A DNA stretch of 62,000 nucleotides, filler included. It is 22 parts of 22 records of this genome, joined end to end, with 100 filler letters (N's around TTAATTAATTAA, not from the genome) between each part and the next. Parts side by side here need not be neighbours in the genome. Positions count along the whole stretch, not along the records: positions 23,687 to 26,186 come from SRR16133337_77541; positions 26,287 to 28,517 come from SRR16133337_77714; positions 28,618 to 31,647 come from SRR16133337_77801; positions 31,748 to 34,467 come from SRR16133337_77874; positions 34,568 to 36,874 come from SRR16133337_78129; positions 36,975 to 39,291 come from SRR16133337_78265; 16 more parts are not named here. One strand, 5' to 3'. The notes beneath the pieces were generated by a model that made no database searches, had not been told where the DNA came from, and saw only the letters and a list, made by a program, of their open reading frames with translations. Position numbers and translations under genes: made by a program. Numbering within the stretch: the stretch's first letter is position 1; each line of letters starts with the position of its first letter. Shown here one piece after another: positions 23,687 to 37,800 of the stretch.

Positions 23687-26186
23687 TTTTTAAGGTTAAG
23701 AACCCCCTTACAAAAAATTTACACTATTAAGAGGAGTGGTTCCTACTATGGGTGCGGGTGTGGGGGTGGTTGGAGTTGGGGTGTTCTTACGCTAAATACT
23801 CCTGTATTTTGAGAAATTGAAAAGAACTCCATAATAGTTATTTTGCAGGCTTTTGGGTTTTATTAGATTTCTTTATTTTCTACCTGCACATCTAATACAT
23901 GTTTTACTTTTATAGGTCTCTTTGAGAATTGAAATTACATATGGGACATTTTTCTTTCACACAAAGGTTGCTATACCATTCAATACTGTAAATTTAAATT
24001 CCCATCACGAACGTAAAACACTTTTGAGCTGTGACAACGTCCAATAATTCAAATAAGATTTGGATTCAACATTTGGTAGCCATTAAATTTCAAAACTACA
24101 CTGTTTCCATGAATAATTACAACTAAAGCTGGAAAAATTCAGGTATTTTGGAAATTGGAAAGATCGTCAAAATAACCGCCACCCTTCGAATTTCGAAAAT
24201 TTAGACCCTTGACCTTTGTCATAGTCATTTTGCAGGTTGCGAGTTGTGCTAATGCGCAAAATTCATTATTTTTTTTCCTGCGCAAAGCCATTGGTTTTTG
24301 CTTTTGGTCTTTCACTGGAAATTGAAGTTGCAAATGGGACTTTTTTTTTGCAGTCACTTTATCCCACAAACGAAAGTTTCATAATTTCGCATGAGGAAAT
24401 ATAAATTTCAATTGAGATTTGATACAAAAGGAAGGTGTTTACTCTGTTTTGAACTCTTCCTGTATCAGAAATGTCTTGTTTTGGGATAAATATTCGAGTC
24501 TATTTTTCATAAATGTACACGTGATTTTGTTTTGAAGCTTTGCCAACACGATGAAAATGGAAACTATGGACGACTAGTATCTCAATTTTCAAGATAAAAA
24601 TCATTCCCGTTATTATTTCTAGCACACTATCGTACTCTTTCTACAAAGAAGCAATGTAATGAAGCAAGCTTGTTGGATTTTTGGTGGATTGAAGTTTCGT
24701 TTGTTCATCACCGTGAAGTATTACATGAAATCTGAAGTATTACAAGCCCAAGAAATATCGTTGACGCTGAAGGATTCCATAAAATATGAACGTACTCTCT
24801 CTCTCTCTCTCTCGCTTCTTTATCTTGACATGAATTAAGCCTGCCTAGAATGTAAGAGCTACACGAAAAGAAAGTATTGTCTTAATCCATCGATTTCAAA
24901 AAAATACACTCAACAATAGATTTTTTTCATGGACCTAAAACTATTTATGCCGGGAATTCTTTTCGTGACTGAAAAAGAACTATGTGATAGTTATTTACAG
25001 TAGCAGGTTGTGTTGACGGGAAGGTTCTAATTCGTTTATTTTCTACCTGCGCAAGTAATAGATGTCTTTGCTTTTATGCTTTCACCGAAAATTGAAATTG
25101 CATATGGGGCATTCAATATCTAGTTTTCCATCGCAAGGATAAATCATTTTGTGAGCTACAACCTCGAGTGATTGACACATTAATTGGATTCAACATTTAA
25201 GCCCTTGGCGTGAATTAAGACTTTGAAAATATCTATCAGTTCCATAAAATGCGCCCAACACCAAATCTTTAGAGAAATTTTTGATGCTGAGGATTCGTTT
25301 TGTGACTAAAAGTAAAACAGAATTTTGTAATAGAGTTATTTAGCAGGTCATGAATCAAGCAGCGAAGAATGATTATTTATTTTTTACCTGCACAGTTAAC
25401 GTATGATTTTGCTTTTATTGTTTCCATTGGATATTAAAATTGCATATGGGACATTTCTGTTTCTCAAGGAGACATCCACTTCATTTCGCACTTTTTTTTT
25501 GTTTTCCTTATTAACAAGGACACATCGACATCAATTGATTGAAAATTTAATTGAATTCAAGGCTTGGTAGTCATTAAAAGAACTCTTGCTCTATGAAAGT
25601 TTGGTTTTTGTTTCTCACAAATAGTTGTATTCGAAAACTTTTGTTCCTTGTGCAACGTTGACACATTATCGCATTTTTTATAAAAACGAGTTGTTCGACG
25701 TTTTGTTTTGGAAATCGTATATTTTCATTTGATGGGAGAAATGTAATTTGTATTGGGGTCAATGTCGTGAATGTGCTTTGCCTGGTCACTCATTCGAGAA
25801 TTCAAATGAAGAATAATAAAGACATTGGAAAATGTACCAATTGGTAAAAAAAGTGAATACACATTTTCAAATTTTTCACAAATAGTATTTTTTAGAAGAA
25901 AATTTAGTTTAATTAATTTTTGAAAACCTGAGGTAGGCTACATGAAGGTAATATGCGCATATAGTTGTGTCATAAACTATTTACAACTAAATTTGTGGGA
26001 AAATCTTTGGAGCTTTTGTGACTGGAGAAAGAACTTCATAATACAGGGAAATTTTGTGTAAGAACCCCCTCCTCTACCTCCACACTCCATCGCCCCTCAC
26101 ACCACCAGACACCTCGCACCCTCCGTAGTAAGAACCCCCCCACTTGATAGTGAATCATTTTTGTAAGGGGGTTCTTAACTTTTAAA
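23687..26186. mobile_element. Contig bounded by long diverged inverted repeats, with internal degenerate sub-repeats (foldback-like element)
   Basis: Left taaggttaagaacccccttacaaaaa matches the reverse complement of right tttttgtaagggggttcttaactttta; internal unit cctgc...aattgaaattgcatatggg at ~23880, ~24275, ~25045, ~25385. Confidence 0.6.
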
Positions 26187-27518
26187 NNNNNNNNNNNNNN
26201 NNNNNNNNNNNNNNNNNNNNNNNNNNNNNNTTAATTAATTAANNNNNNNNNNNNNNNNNNNNNNNNNNNNNNNNNNNNNNNNNNNNTTATTGCACGAAAA
26301 TGCATTTGTTTTTAATGCTCATGACACAAATATGTGAAATTGTTTTTTTAAAAAACTTTTGCTGAAATTGTTTTTGGAGATTGAGCTTTTGGTTTACAAA
26401 TGTAGCTGTTTCGGTGAAAAATACGAGATATACCCAACCCAATTACAAAAGCAAGTACAATCATTTGAAAAAATAATATTCACGAAAAATCTATTGTTAT
26501 AAAGAATTCAATCTACATGTCCGGAAATGCACAATGATAAACCAAATCCATGTACCACCAAGAAATCTTCAGCAGTATGCTAACAAAACACGTGAAAGTT
26601 GTATGGGAAAATTTATAAAGAATTGAAAAGTGAACAATTAAAGTTTCCGTCAGTGTTATTAGGGCTACTTCCAAGTTTTGCAGAAGCAAATCGGTATGAG
26701 TTCAAAAAATTGTGTAATATAGAAATTCAAAACGATATACGCGTATGTTCCAACAAAAAAAACATGGTTATTAGTATGTATGTTCATCCAAGTGTGGAAA
26801 ATTAAATTCATTAAATATTCATTTTTCATTTTCGTGCTTACAAATGGGACAACGTCAAATTCAACTTTCACCACGAACTGTATATACAAAAGTTCCCAAC
26901 GTCTGTCACAAATCTCCATTGCCACAGACCACTTTCAAAAAATAGAGGGACTCCACAACACAAGAAGCCTGAACAACTTTGAAATGCTGCTGCAAAAAGC
27001 ATTTACATACACATATAGTGTTTGGTATTCAAAATTCTGAAACGAACTAAATGAAAGTTTTATTTATGGTTGTATTTTATAGCATCCGTACGTGCGAAAA
27101 GGTGCACGATGATCGAAACGGCTCACACGAGATATTTTACAGCATGTTGTGTTTTTAGTTTCCAAGATTTTTATTGTTTATTGACGCACTCTTTTCATTT
27201 TTATTGCTATTTTTCTTTCGGTGTGAGTTTTTTCAGAGGTCGAAGTACACGAATGCAAAATATCCCATAACGTCAAATTCACAATGTTGTACCTTTGGAA
27301 TTTAGATTCGTCGATTTTGCATATGGAAAATGGCCTATGGTGACTTACAAAAAATCCATGGAAAATATGTTCATAAAACAAACTGCATAAACTTCACTGA
27401 AAATTTGACCATTTGTATTTTGTAAAGTATAGCTTCGAACATTTGTGTTCGCTTAAATTAAAAAAACACATACTTAAAACTGATGTTTTCAGCACTTGTT
27501 TTTCTTTACAAAACATAC

Positions 27519-27743
27519 CTATCTGTTTTAGTCCTGCAGTTTCCATGGAAACTTCATAATACCATTTTCCGCCAGTGGCCCCAAGATTTCCCATAATTGT
27601 CATAAAATTACATGTTTGTGAACAAGCGGTGTACCCCTCGTCTGTGTAGTCCACGTCACCAATTTTTGATGTGAATGTATTCTTTTCTGGACCGAGGCGA
27701 TATTTCTGACGTTTGTCATAATTTTGAGCTGCAACTCGTTTAC
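27519..27743 (-). CDS. Exon of a eukaryotic SPRY-domain protein
   Basis: GGKWYYEVSMETAGLKQIG motif; bounded by ttag| and |gtatgt. Confidence 0.7.
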
Positions 27744-28617
27744 CTAAGAACACGTTTTGGTTTTAAACGGTAAATAAAAAACATTCATCTTATTCTTGCC
27801 CAAATAAATATTAGAGCCAATATAAAACGACTCATTTGAAACGTGCTCCTTAAGAAACAAAAATATATCTCTTCCACTCTCATTATTTTGCGAAACTTTT
27901 CGACTTGTTCATGATAAACAATGTGATACATTGCAATATGTGCAAAAATCTGGATATTTAAATTTTTTGTGGGAAATATCAATAAAAACAAACTGTAGGA
28001 CAAAAATATTGAAAATTATGATCCACAAAAATGTGGAATTTATAAACTTTCAGAAATATATTTTTCTTACCAATTTCATCGAGCACAGAATCCTCCGACA
28101 TTGTGAGTTCAGGAACTGTACCAGAATTCAATAAAGAAACCCATTTTTGCTGATCAAACTCTAATGCACAACACACAACAATATTCAACATTGTGACCCG
28201 TCATAAATTCAAAAAAACACAAACAAACGCTTTCACTTTTCAAAGCTAATTGTTTCCATAAGCAAAAACTCAAAATTTCCAATCGAATTTGACAGAAGCA
28301 CCATTTGACTGACCCCGAGGAAATATTTAACACCTCGCACTTTGTACGGAACTTTCGACGAAAATTACTCATCATATAAAATTTCATGGTCTGAACTAAA
28401 GGTATTCTTTATATTCAGTTAATAAATGAGCAAAATAAATATCATTATTACAGTCGACTTATAAAACTGGACACAAAACATTTTTTTATAAAATATAATA
28501 AATAAGATACGCTTGCTNNNNNNNNNNNNNNNNNNNNNNNNNNNNNNNNNNNNNNNNNNNNTTAATTAATTAANNNNNNNNNNNNNNNNNNNNNNNNNNN
28601 NNNNNNNNNNNNNNNNN

Positions 28618-31600
28618 AAATATTTTTTATTATTTATAAAATAATATGTTCTTATATAATTTTCTAATCTTTCTTTTCCCAGATGTCCCAAACTGTAATG
28701 GACAAAGCAAACAAATGGCAAATACAATAGTTTAGGCAAAATTATTTTATTATCTTTATATTTTACTGTATTCGGTTGCATATCCATTATATTTTTCTCT
28801 TTTAATTGTAAATTTATAAAATTTTCTGTTGATAATAATTCCTTAAATTTATTTGACATATAATTTCCAGGATGTGGTGCTGCTAAAAATTCATTATCTT
28901 TAATAATCATTATTTTATCTTTTTGTCTAATTCCTATACAAAGTGGTGAAATATTTAATGTTTTACTTTGGTAATATGGTTTAAATACTTTACTAAACGT
29001 GCTTGTATTTATTTCTGTTAATCTTGACCATGGATCTGCTAATTGCATTGTTTCTGGACAGTATATAAAATATATTTCACTGTTTTTAAACCATCCCAAA
29101 ATTTTAGCTGCAATTCTATCCATTTTAGTATTTCTTTTAATTTGTTTTTCATTTCTTAATACTGATGTTACTACACTATTATCTACCAAACAAAACGTAA
29201 CTTTTCCTTGAATGTACCTCTCGAAATACATTAAATTTTCAAATAAACTTAGAATTTCTAAATAACATATTCCTAATTTTTGTAATACTCCAATTGCTAT
29301 ACTTTTAGAAAAATATCCTACTACTTGTACCACATTTTTGTTTTCTTCATATGTATTTTCCTTAATTATTTTAAGAAATTCTTTTTTAAACGTTATATTA
29401 TGAATAAGATCATTACTAAATCTAACTTGAGTTTCTTTTATATTGTTATTTCCTTTGATAATATTTAAAGCAGTAAATTCGTTATCATTTATATATATAC
29501 ATATTTCAGCTGCAAACGAAGGACTGCCAACTACAAGTTTGTCACAAGCAGTGACAATGATTATTCTACTCCTCAAGACATCACTGGCTCCTCTCAACAG
29601 GTAAAATATTTCTTCATTATTATTATACATGTATTCTTCATTGAAATATTCGTATTTTGTGTTAAATAAATTTTCTTTAAATATCTTAAAATTTTTATCT
29701 ATATTTTTATCTTTGTTAGTTTCAATATAATGTTTATATTCATAAAACAGTTGGCAATATACATAAATTTGGTTTAAAAAACTTTGATATCCTGCATAAT
29801 TTAACTTATAATTTAATATATTTGCACTTTCATATAAACATTGTATTAAATTGTTTGTTGTAATCATATATTCATATTTAATTTTTTTACTTTCTAAATA
29901 CTTAATTTCTTTATTCATTTTAAAACTAGGAATTTTAATTGTTTTTAAAAATTTTGTAAAATTTACGTTTAATAGAACTCCTCCTATAGCATAATTTGAT
30001 GAATCTGTAAATAAAACATTTACTGAATTAGATTCTAAATTTGCTACACTACATTTCGTTGTTTCTAAGATTTCTACTATATTTTTAAATGCTTTTTGTG
30101 CTTGTTCATCCCAATTAAATGGAAAAAATTTCTTATATAAAATATTCATATTATGTTGAATTGATAATGGCCATATATTTCTATAATAATTTAATTTTCC
30201 TAAAAAACTTTGTAATTCTTTTAAGTTTATTGGTTCTTTTAATTTTGAAATTACTTTTATTTTATCTACCGGAATAGTTAATTTACCTTTATTTAAATTG
30301 AATCCTAATATATCAATTGATTCTTCTTCAATATTTATTGCTACTTTAGCTTTTTCTGGTGCTAGTCTTACTCCAATAACTTTTAATCTTCTCATTACTT
30401 TTTTAACTTTATCTAAATGTTCTTCTAAAGTTTCATTTTTGTTACTAGCTATTATTACATCATCTATAAATAAAAGTATGTTTTCTATATGATCAATTTC
30501 TCCTGTTTTTTCACATAAATGTAAATATTTTTGAAAAGTAGCACACGCAAATGCTGGTGCTGAAACTAATCCTGTTATACATCTTTTAAATACATAACTA
30601 TAACCCCATGACGTTAAAATATTAAACACACCGCTATCTCTACTTTTTTTGGATACTTTTATTGCATAGTACATTTTCTTCATGTCGATAGTAGTAATGT
30701 ATTTAGCGTTTTGTACAAAATTCATTAAAACGTCGTAAAAATCTGGTAGAGTTGCCGTTAAACCGTTTTGAACACAAAAATTTACTTTTCTCATATCAAC
30801 TACTATTCTAGGGAGCGCTGTACTTGCATTAGGACCCCTACTTGGTACAGTAAAAATAGGACTTCCATAGCAATTGTTTGTTCCTGCTGGTTCAATAAGA
30901 TCATTTTCTAATAATAAATTTATAAATTTCTTTACTTCTACCTCATTTTTAGCACTTAATGGATAAGCTCTTGTATTTTTTGGTATAGGTTTTGATAAAG
31001 TTATATCTAATTCCGGTATAATACTATTTAATTCTCCACAATCAAATGAATGTTTTGAACTTATTCCTAATTCATGCATAAAAGTAGCTATTTCTAATTT
31101 TGCTTCCTTATTATTTGATACAATTTTATTATATATTTCTTCTATAGTTACATTTTCTATTTTTAAAAATTCTTCTATATTTAAACCGTTTAATTCTGAT
31201 TCATTTATTATGTCATAAAATTCTTCTTCTTCTATTACATTTTTATTATACTTTTCATTATTAATTGTTTTAATTATTTCAGGAGTTTGAACCGCGGATT
31301 TTGAGTCTTGTCCAGGCAATTCACTGCGAATTGACCAATCTTCAGACGACTGTACTAAATGGAAAGAAGCAAACTGTTGACTTAAAGGTATATTTAATTT
31401 ATTTTCTACTTCAATTAATATATTGTTTGAATCCTTTTTTATTAATGTGTATTTTAAATTACTTCTTTTATTATTTTTTATAGTATAATCTTTATTACAA
31501 ATATGTTTAATTTTAGTTAGGAATAGTTTCTTTTCTCTTCCTTTTAAATTTATTTCTTGATCTATAAATCCATGAGGATTTTTACATTTTGCATTATATT

Positions 31601-31647
31601 CTATACTCACTTTATTTTTCTTAACATTAAATTCAAATTTTAATCTC
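28618..31647 (-). mobile_element. Ty3/Gypsy-type LTR retroelement pol fragment (RT, RNase H, start of integrase Zn finger), open at both contig ends
   Basis: YGSPIFTV, PRIVVDMRKVN, IDMKKMYY, FIDD (30459-30470), LQSFLGKLNYYR, RNase H FTDSS/LEIL/VDN/LADPWSR, then HYSLGHLG; RT-RH-INT order. Confidence 0.85.
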
Positions 31648-32045
31648 NNNNNNNNNNNNNNNNNNNNNNNNNNNNNNNNNNNNNNNNNNNNTTAATTAAT
31701 TAANNNNNNNNNNNNNNNNNNNNNNNNNNNNNNNNNNNNNNNNNNNNAGATAGAAAAAGTGACTTTTGGTGTGTTTTTAAAAAGGTTTTTACATTTCAAA
31801 ATAAAAAATCTTAATGTACCCCACCACACTCCCACACCATCTCCTCCCACTTCCACACCCTTCGTCCTCCCACCTGCGAACTTTTTTACATTCTTATTTT
31901 TTGTTCCAATTCTCCAAACTACCACCCGCAAAGTTTTTGTGAACAAAGACATGCAACTTTGGAGCGAGAACGAGCTAACAAAAACCAAAAACACAGCTTC
32001 TGAAAATCCTTGACGAACCACAAACATGCCAGACAATACAACTAT

Positions 32046-34250
32046 ACCTGATTTTTTCGTCCACAGTGTAATCATAAAACATGTTGTGTAAATCGTCGTG
32101 TCTATTGGATGATAAATTTCGGAAGAAAAATGCATCTTCAGAGTTTGCCGCCTCTGCTGCCTGCGCTGACGTAACTCCCAAACCAAAATTAAACTTTTCT
32201 TTGTACAGTGTGAGTTTCACTGGCACTTCAAAAGCACTCCGAAATATCGAGGGTTTGTAGGCCTAAGATGAAAAGAAAAGTACAAAATCAATCCTTTGAT
32301 TAAAATAAATAAAACACCTAATCCTTGGGCAGCAAAGACTTTACAAAGGCACCGACTGATGAAGAGGAGCAAATAAATACACACAGTCATGAAGAAAGCA
32401 GAACGAAAACTTTCCAGTGCAATAATTCACAACATCTGTAACAAGAACAACACAAATTCCCATCACAAAATACATTGCCCAATCCCTCATGTATTTTCTT
32501 CATTCCTCGAGAAAAAATGACATCCAACATAAAACATGTTGAAAAATTTATATGTGTTACAGACTTCGAAACTTTCCAAAATCTATTTACACTGCCATTG
32601 TCAATATACAAATGGGCCACTACGCATAAAAATAAATATCACAATTTGTCTAAATTTATTGGAATCCATCAATTTTCAGCTTCGCTTTGTACCATTTTTA
32701 TTACACAAGGAACAAACTGTGTCTGGTGTGAAAAGTACTCCAGAAGTTATATCATTTTTTTGGTGCAAAATGAAAACACACCGAAAGTTTTCGCAAAAAT
32801 TGTTCGTAAAATCGGATACGTATTTTTACGTGACGTGAAATATCAAGGAAAAATTGCTTTAGTATATTTTTCTTCATATCACGTTACGTCGTTTTCCCCA
32901 TAATTGAAAAACACTTTCCGCAACTTATCTTTGAATAAACTACGAAGCAAATTTTAAAACTGTTACGTAACGTGATATGTGTGTGTGGAAAAAGTGGTTG
33001 CGGAATTATTATATTTACCTTTTCAGATCCAAAAAGGACGTAAGAGTTGTGTAACGCTTGCCCTTCTCGCTTTAATCCATCAATATCAATATCACTTGAT
33101 GTCCTCGAGTTATAAGCTAATGAAATATTGCGGATTCTGCAACCTCTAGAAAGCATCAACAAACGTTGGAACTAAAAAAACAAAACAAAACCGACGCTTA
33201 ACGCAAGGACTATACATGCCAATGAAAAATAATTGCTTCAGTCAACTACGGTTCATACTCGAGTTCTCGAACGCACAACATTCACGCATATTCCACACCT
33301 CAATACCACGAATCCAAGGAGCAGCTATCTGTTCTGTTGACTGGCACAACTACATTCAAGTTCCACAAAAATGACAACCACATCACTTAGCTTTCCACAA
33401 GACGATAACGTTTGGAGTCGACACAAGGAGTTCCAATTCATTTCCCAAAACAATCCAATCTTCTAAATTTATACAACCCACTCAACGCAATACCATAAAA
33501 AAAGTTACCTCCCCTGACACGCCTTGTCCCAATTGACTCCCGTCTAAGGCAGCAACGTCATCATGTCGTGCGAGTATCTAAATATACTTACCAAAAGGTG
33601 CTACATCCAGACACTGCTGATGTTCATTAAGTCCCGCAAAACCTGATACTTCGTGTTCCTGCTAGTTGCGCAGCGGCAGTTACTTGCGTGGAAGTGTATT
33701 TTATTTTTTGTCAAAAGAATGCCACCCTCTGACTCTCTCGGAGCTATCACATACAAGCACAACACAACACACACTGATCTTCCTTCATACAACTGAGCCA
33801 ACGCGACACTTCCATTCCCACACTCTATGAATACTGCATCTTTTCCAGGTTCCCGAAAAGCCAGATAAGACCGTTCGATTAATTCATGCGAAAACTGCGT
33901 CACTCAGGCCCTATCGAGTCTACTAACACCTCGAACCAGGCTTGTGAGTGTAATTTTGATTTCCATATCATTTGTTGGATGCGCACACGAAGTAAGTAAG
34001 TTTGTAACGAGGTTATATACAAACGACATTATAATATCATTAAAATGTGAAAAGATACCATACCTGATCGAGCGGTGATTCTAGATCAGTTTCGAGCGAT
34101 TTTAACAAAGTTGTAAAATTCCGCAGAAATGATGTTGACTTGTGACCATCACGGGCAATCAACTCTACTTTCAATGGATCATCACTTGTCAACAATTTAG
34201 TTGTTGTTGTTTTGAAATATGTTCGGTTCATATTTGTCCACGCTATAACA
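32046..34250 (-). CDS. Probable multi-exon eukaryotic gene of unknown function; boundaries approximate
   Basis: Several open segments ending in GT donors (e.g. ESPLDQ|gtatg, FGSEK|gtaaat); no recognisable domain. Confidence 0.35.
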
Positions 34251-34645
34251 CACACAAACACATACGTTTACGATTTACGTCAAAGAATTTTAAGTTTGCT
34301 CATTTTGATTGACACATTGGTTTAATGTCCATTTAATGCCAAAACTTTTCTGGGTTGTGGTTTCGACATTGTGGACGAAATATGGACATCGAAGAGCATT
34401 CTCATGTGTACTGGTTTTTAAATCCAAGAAACAAAACATATATGATGGCGATGATTTTAAATCCAAANNNNNNNNNNNNNNNNNNNNNNNNNNNNNNNNN
34501 NNNNNNNNNNNTTAATTAATTAANNNNNNNNNNNNNNNNNNNNNNNNNNNNNNNNNNNNNNNNNNNNTTTCTGAACTTTCACCGTTTAAACTTTCTTGAT
34601 CAGAACTACATACTTCTAGAGAAATTGTACTTTTTGAAAAAAAAA

Positions 34646-34867
34646 TCACATCTGAAAACACGACTTATGATATCTTGAGGGAACAATTCTCTTGAGAATG
34701 GAATATTTTCTTTGAAGATTTCCAGATGTCTTTGTTACTGTACCTGCAACTTGTTTTAGGGGCACTGCGGGGTTTTTCAGAGTGATGTATGGTTCTTGTG
34801 AAACTGCTTCCAGGACATCAGGTGCCTCTTCTAGGTACTCAGCGAAAAGAGTTTTCAAAGGTTCGTA
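34646..34867 (-). CDS. Probable terminal exon of an unknown eukaryotic gene
   Basis: ttttttag acceptor, then an open frame (YEPLKTLFAEYLEEAPDV...) to TGA. Confidence 0.35.
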   Translation of the reverse strand, partial: YEPLKTLFAEYLEEAPDVLEAVSQEPYITLKNPAVPLKQVAGTVTKTSGNLQRKYSILKRIVPSRYHKSCFQM

Positions 34868-37800
34868 CTAAAAAACAAACAACAATTAATAAAAAAGACA
34901 ACACCTACCAAAACGAAACATGAACAAACCAAGTTTTCGTGTGGTGTGTTTTAAAATAATGCCTTAAAATACACACATAGCCTTATTCATCAAATGATTG
35001 GTATTAATTTGATTTTTAGCATGAGTGGTATACGAAATAAACCTAACACCAATAATATTTCAAAAATATTATAACGAATGAACTCTCGAAAGTATTCTGA
35101 AAATGCGGTTCCCAGAACAAATGCAATTACACCTCAAATATGTTTTGTTTTCCATGTACATTTTCCACCTAGCAACAACGAAAATGAATTTTAAATAACA
35201 ATTTTCGCACTTTAATACATCGCGTACTCGTGATTCATGCAAAAGAAGTTATTTCAGAAAAATATAAAAAATAACTCCAATGACGCGTTACTTCGTTGTA
35301 ATTGATTTGCTAAGATCAGTTATTTGACAAAAATACCTTTTTAATGAAGTGCCAAAATTTTGTTCTTGTGTCGTCCTCCGGAGAATCATCACGAGCCGAT
35401 TGAACACAAATCATTACGCATAAAACATTCTCTGATTCGCACTAAGCAACACCAATAACATAAAACACACAAATTAGAACACATAGTGTACAATTGTGGT
35501 AGTGTCGTGTTGTATTATTTTTTAAGGTCAGAAAAAAAATCGTTAAACACATCACGAGAGCTAAATTGCAGGCAGATGTCGAAATGTCGCGAGATTTAGA
35601 TATTTTAACCTGCATTACTCACATTTGTGAGATTTGTAATGGCGAATTATGCTCTCTAGGTGTAAGAAATTATTTATCTTGCATAAGTAAATATCCCTAA
35701 AAAAGAGAAATTTCCCTGTTCCATGAAGCACATGCTATTTGTTTTCAACCGCCAATTTTTTGTACACTTAGATCTGTTATTGTGTGGGGTCAATAAGTTC
35801 CAACCCACAACAACACACGCGCCTAGAATCCAACCCTCCTGTAACCAAGCCCTCTCACTCCACCTTCCACACCACACCCACCCAACACAAAGTGCAGGAA
35901 TGATAAAGTACAAGTTGATGTTATTTGCTGATAGCTTGTGGTGTCTTCATCAAAATGAGGCCGTTTTCCTTTCATTTATTTTTGCAGCGGTCTCGTTTTT
36001 ATTATTTACGATTCCGCGCATTCGAACAATAAAGCACTTTATAATAGAATAAAACTACAGGATATTATCTTCATGTATCTCAACTCAAAATTGAGAACCC
36101 TCAAATACCATTCAACATTGCAGGAAGGTCAACGGAATCCAGAAATCATTTATTGCAATAAAACCTGCATTTCGTAGAATTTGCGCCAAATACAAACACT
36201 CGTTTTGAGGTGTGGGGATGTTGTTGACTTCTGCCTGTGGGATACACAACTTCATTTTTTACGACGCTTCAAAATAATATGTTTCTGTTACTGAAATTAT
36301 CGCACATTAACACGCAACTTTGATGTTTTTCATAACCACTAATGATACAAAAACACACGCTTGTCACAAACCCACACTACACACGTCGTGAGTCTGTACT
36401 ACGGATTGTTATTAGGGGTTTTACATGGTTTTGCCGGAATGATAGATAAAAAATGTATTGGATTCGTTTGTTGCACGCACGAATTGTATAGCACCCATTT
36501 AATTATATACTAAAGTGCAAAAAGTCCCTGGAATCGAGATATGTGAGAGTAAACACAACTGCGTTTTGTATTTCAATATGCGTGCGTTACCTCATGTTCT
36601 TCATTGAGTTGTCTTCGCGATGTGTATTGAGCATCAATATCATTATCAGCCAGTTCCTTTACCATACATTCAATATTTTCAATATTCGACTTATTGTACG
36701 AGTTTACAGGTGCTATAAGTACGTATCCCTCCGGAAAACAAATGTATTTCCCATTTGGTACTAAAATAAAGAACACAAATTTGAACTTTCAGCAAATTAT
36801 TGTACCTCGTTTGCTGCACACTGTGACCTGAGGATTTTGATGAAAAACAAAAATTGGAATTGTAATATGTACCANNNNNNNNNNNNNNNNNNNNNNNNNN
36901 NNNNNNNNNNNNNNNNNNTTAATTAATTAANNNNNNNNNNNNNNNNNNNNNNNNNNNNNNNNNNNNNNNNNNNNGAAATATGAAAAATATAAATGAAAGT
37001 TCCTCCTTAAGAAAACCAAGAAATTTACATTAAGATTTGATGAAAACTCTCAAACGCTTGTGAAAAGATCAAAAGCTTTCCTTGTTCACATTGAGAAACG
37101 AATATTTTTCATTTACAATTTTCCCTTTTTTGCAATGTTAACTTAGCTGCAAAACTTTTTTCATTCAGTAAAGTTTGGTGTCTTCGTAGTAATGTGTAGT
37201 TCTCAGTTAGCGATTTTGTTTTTACATTGCACTGAAAGACAGGATGTCTTTTTGTTTCATCCGTGATTTCCTTTAAATCGGTTAACAAGCATATGCAGTT
37301 GATTTGAGTATTCACAGAACAATAAAGACATCATCCTAACTTGGGCTCTGAAACGCAAACGAATAATTTCCTCTGGTCTTATGTCACAACTAGTGTGCTT
37401 CTGAGCAACCAGACAATCATTTCCCGAATTGACATCAAAGTTCCGCCAAGTACGAATGTCGCATATATTGAAATTTCGTGCGTTTTCAAAATTGCGTGTA
37501 CAACAGCTGTTGTATTAACTGTTTGGTTCAAGAACCCCAGAACCCATCACTAGTAACATTATTAGATGCCGTTCACTCCGATCCATGCTCAAGTTGGGGT
37601 ATGTCAATGAATAAGGCTTTTTGAAAAGAATCCCTCAACAAAACACGGTTTCCCCGTGTTTTAATGAATCTCTGGTGAACGGCTTTTACCCTCCTTCATT
37701 TTGAAGCCGCTTCATTTTGCATTATTCCTGAAACTTCGGCGCACAAGTGAAAGAAAAAACGAGTGGACCATTAGAGAGAACTCTCGCTCTGTCAGAAGAA

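Noticed and set aside
28618-31647. RT as a bacterial retron, DGR or group II intron RT
   Set aside because: LTR-type RT motifs followed by RNase H and an integrase Zn finger; no bacterial context
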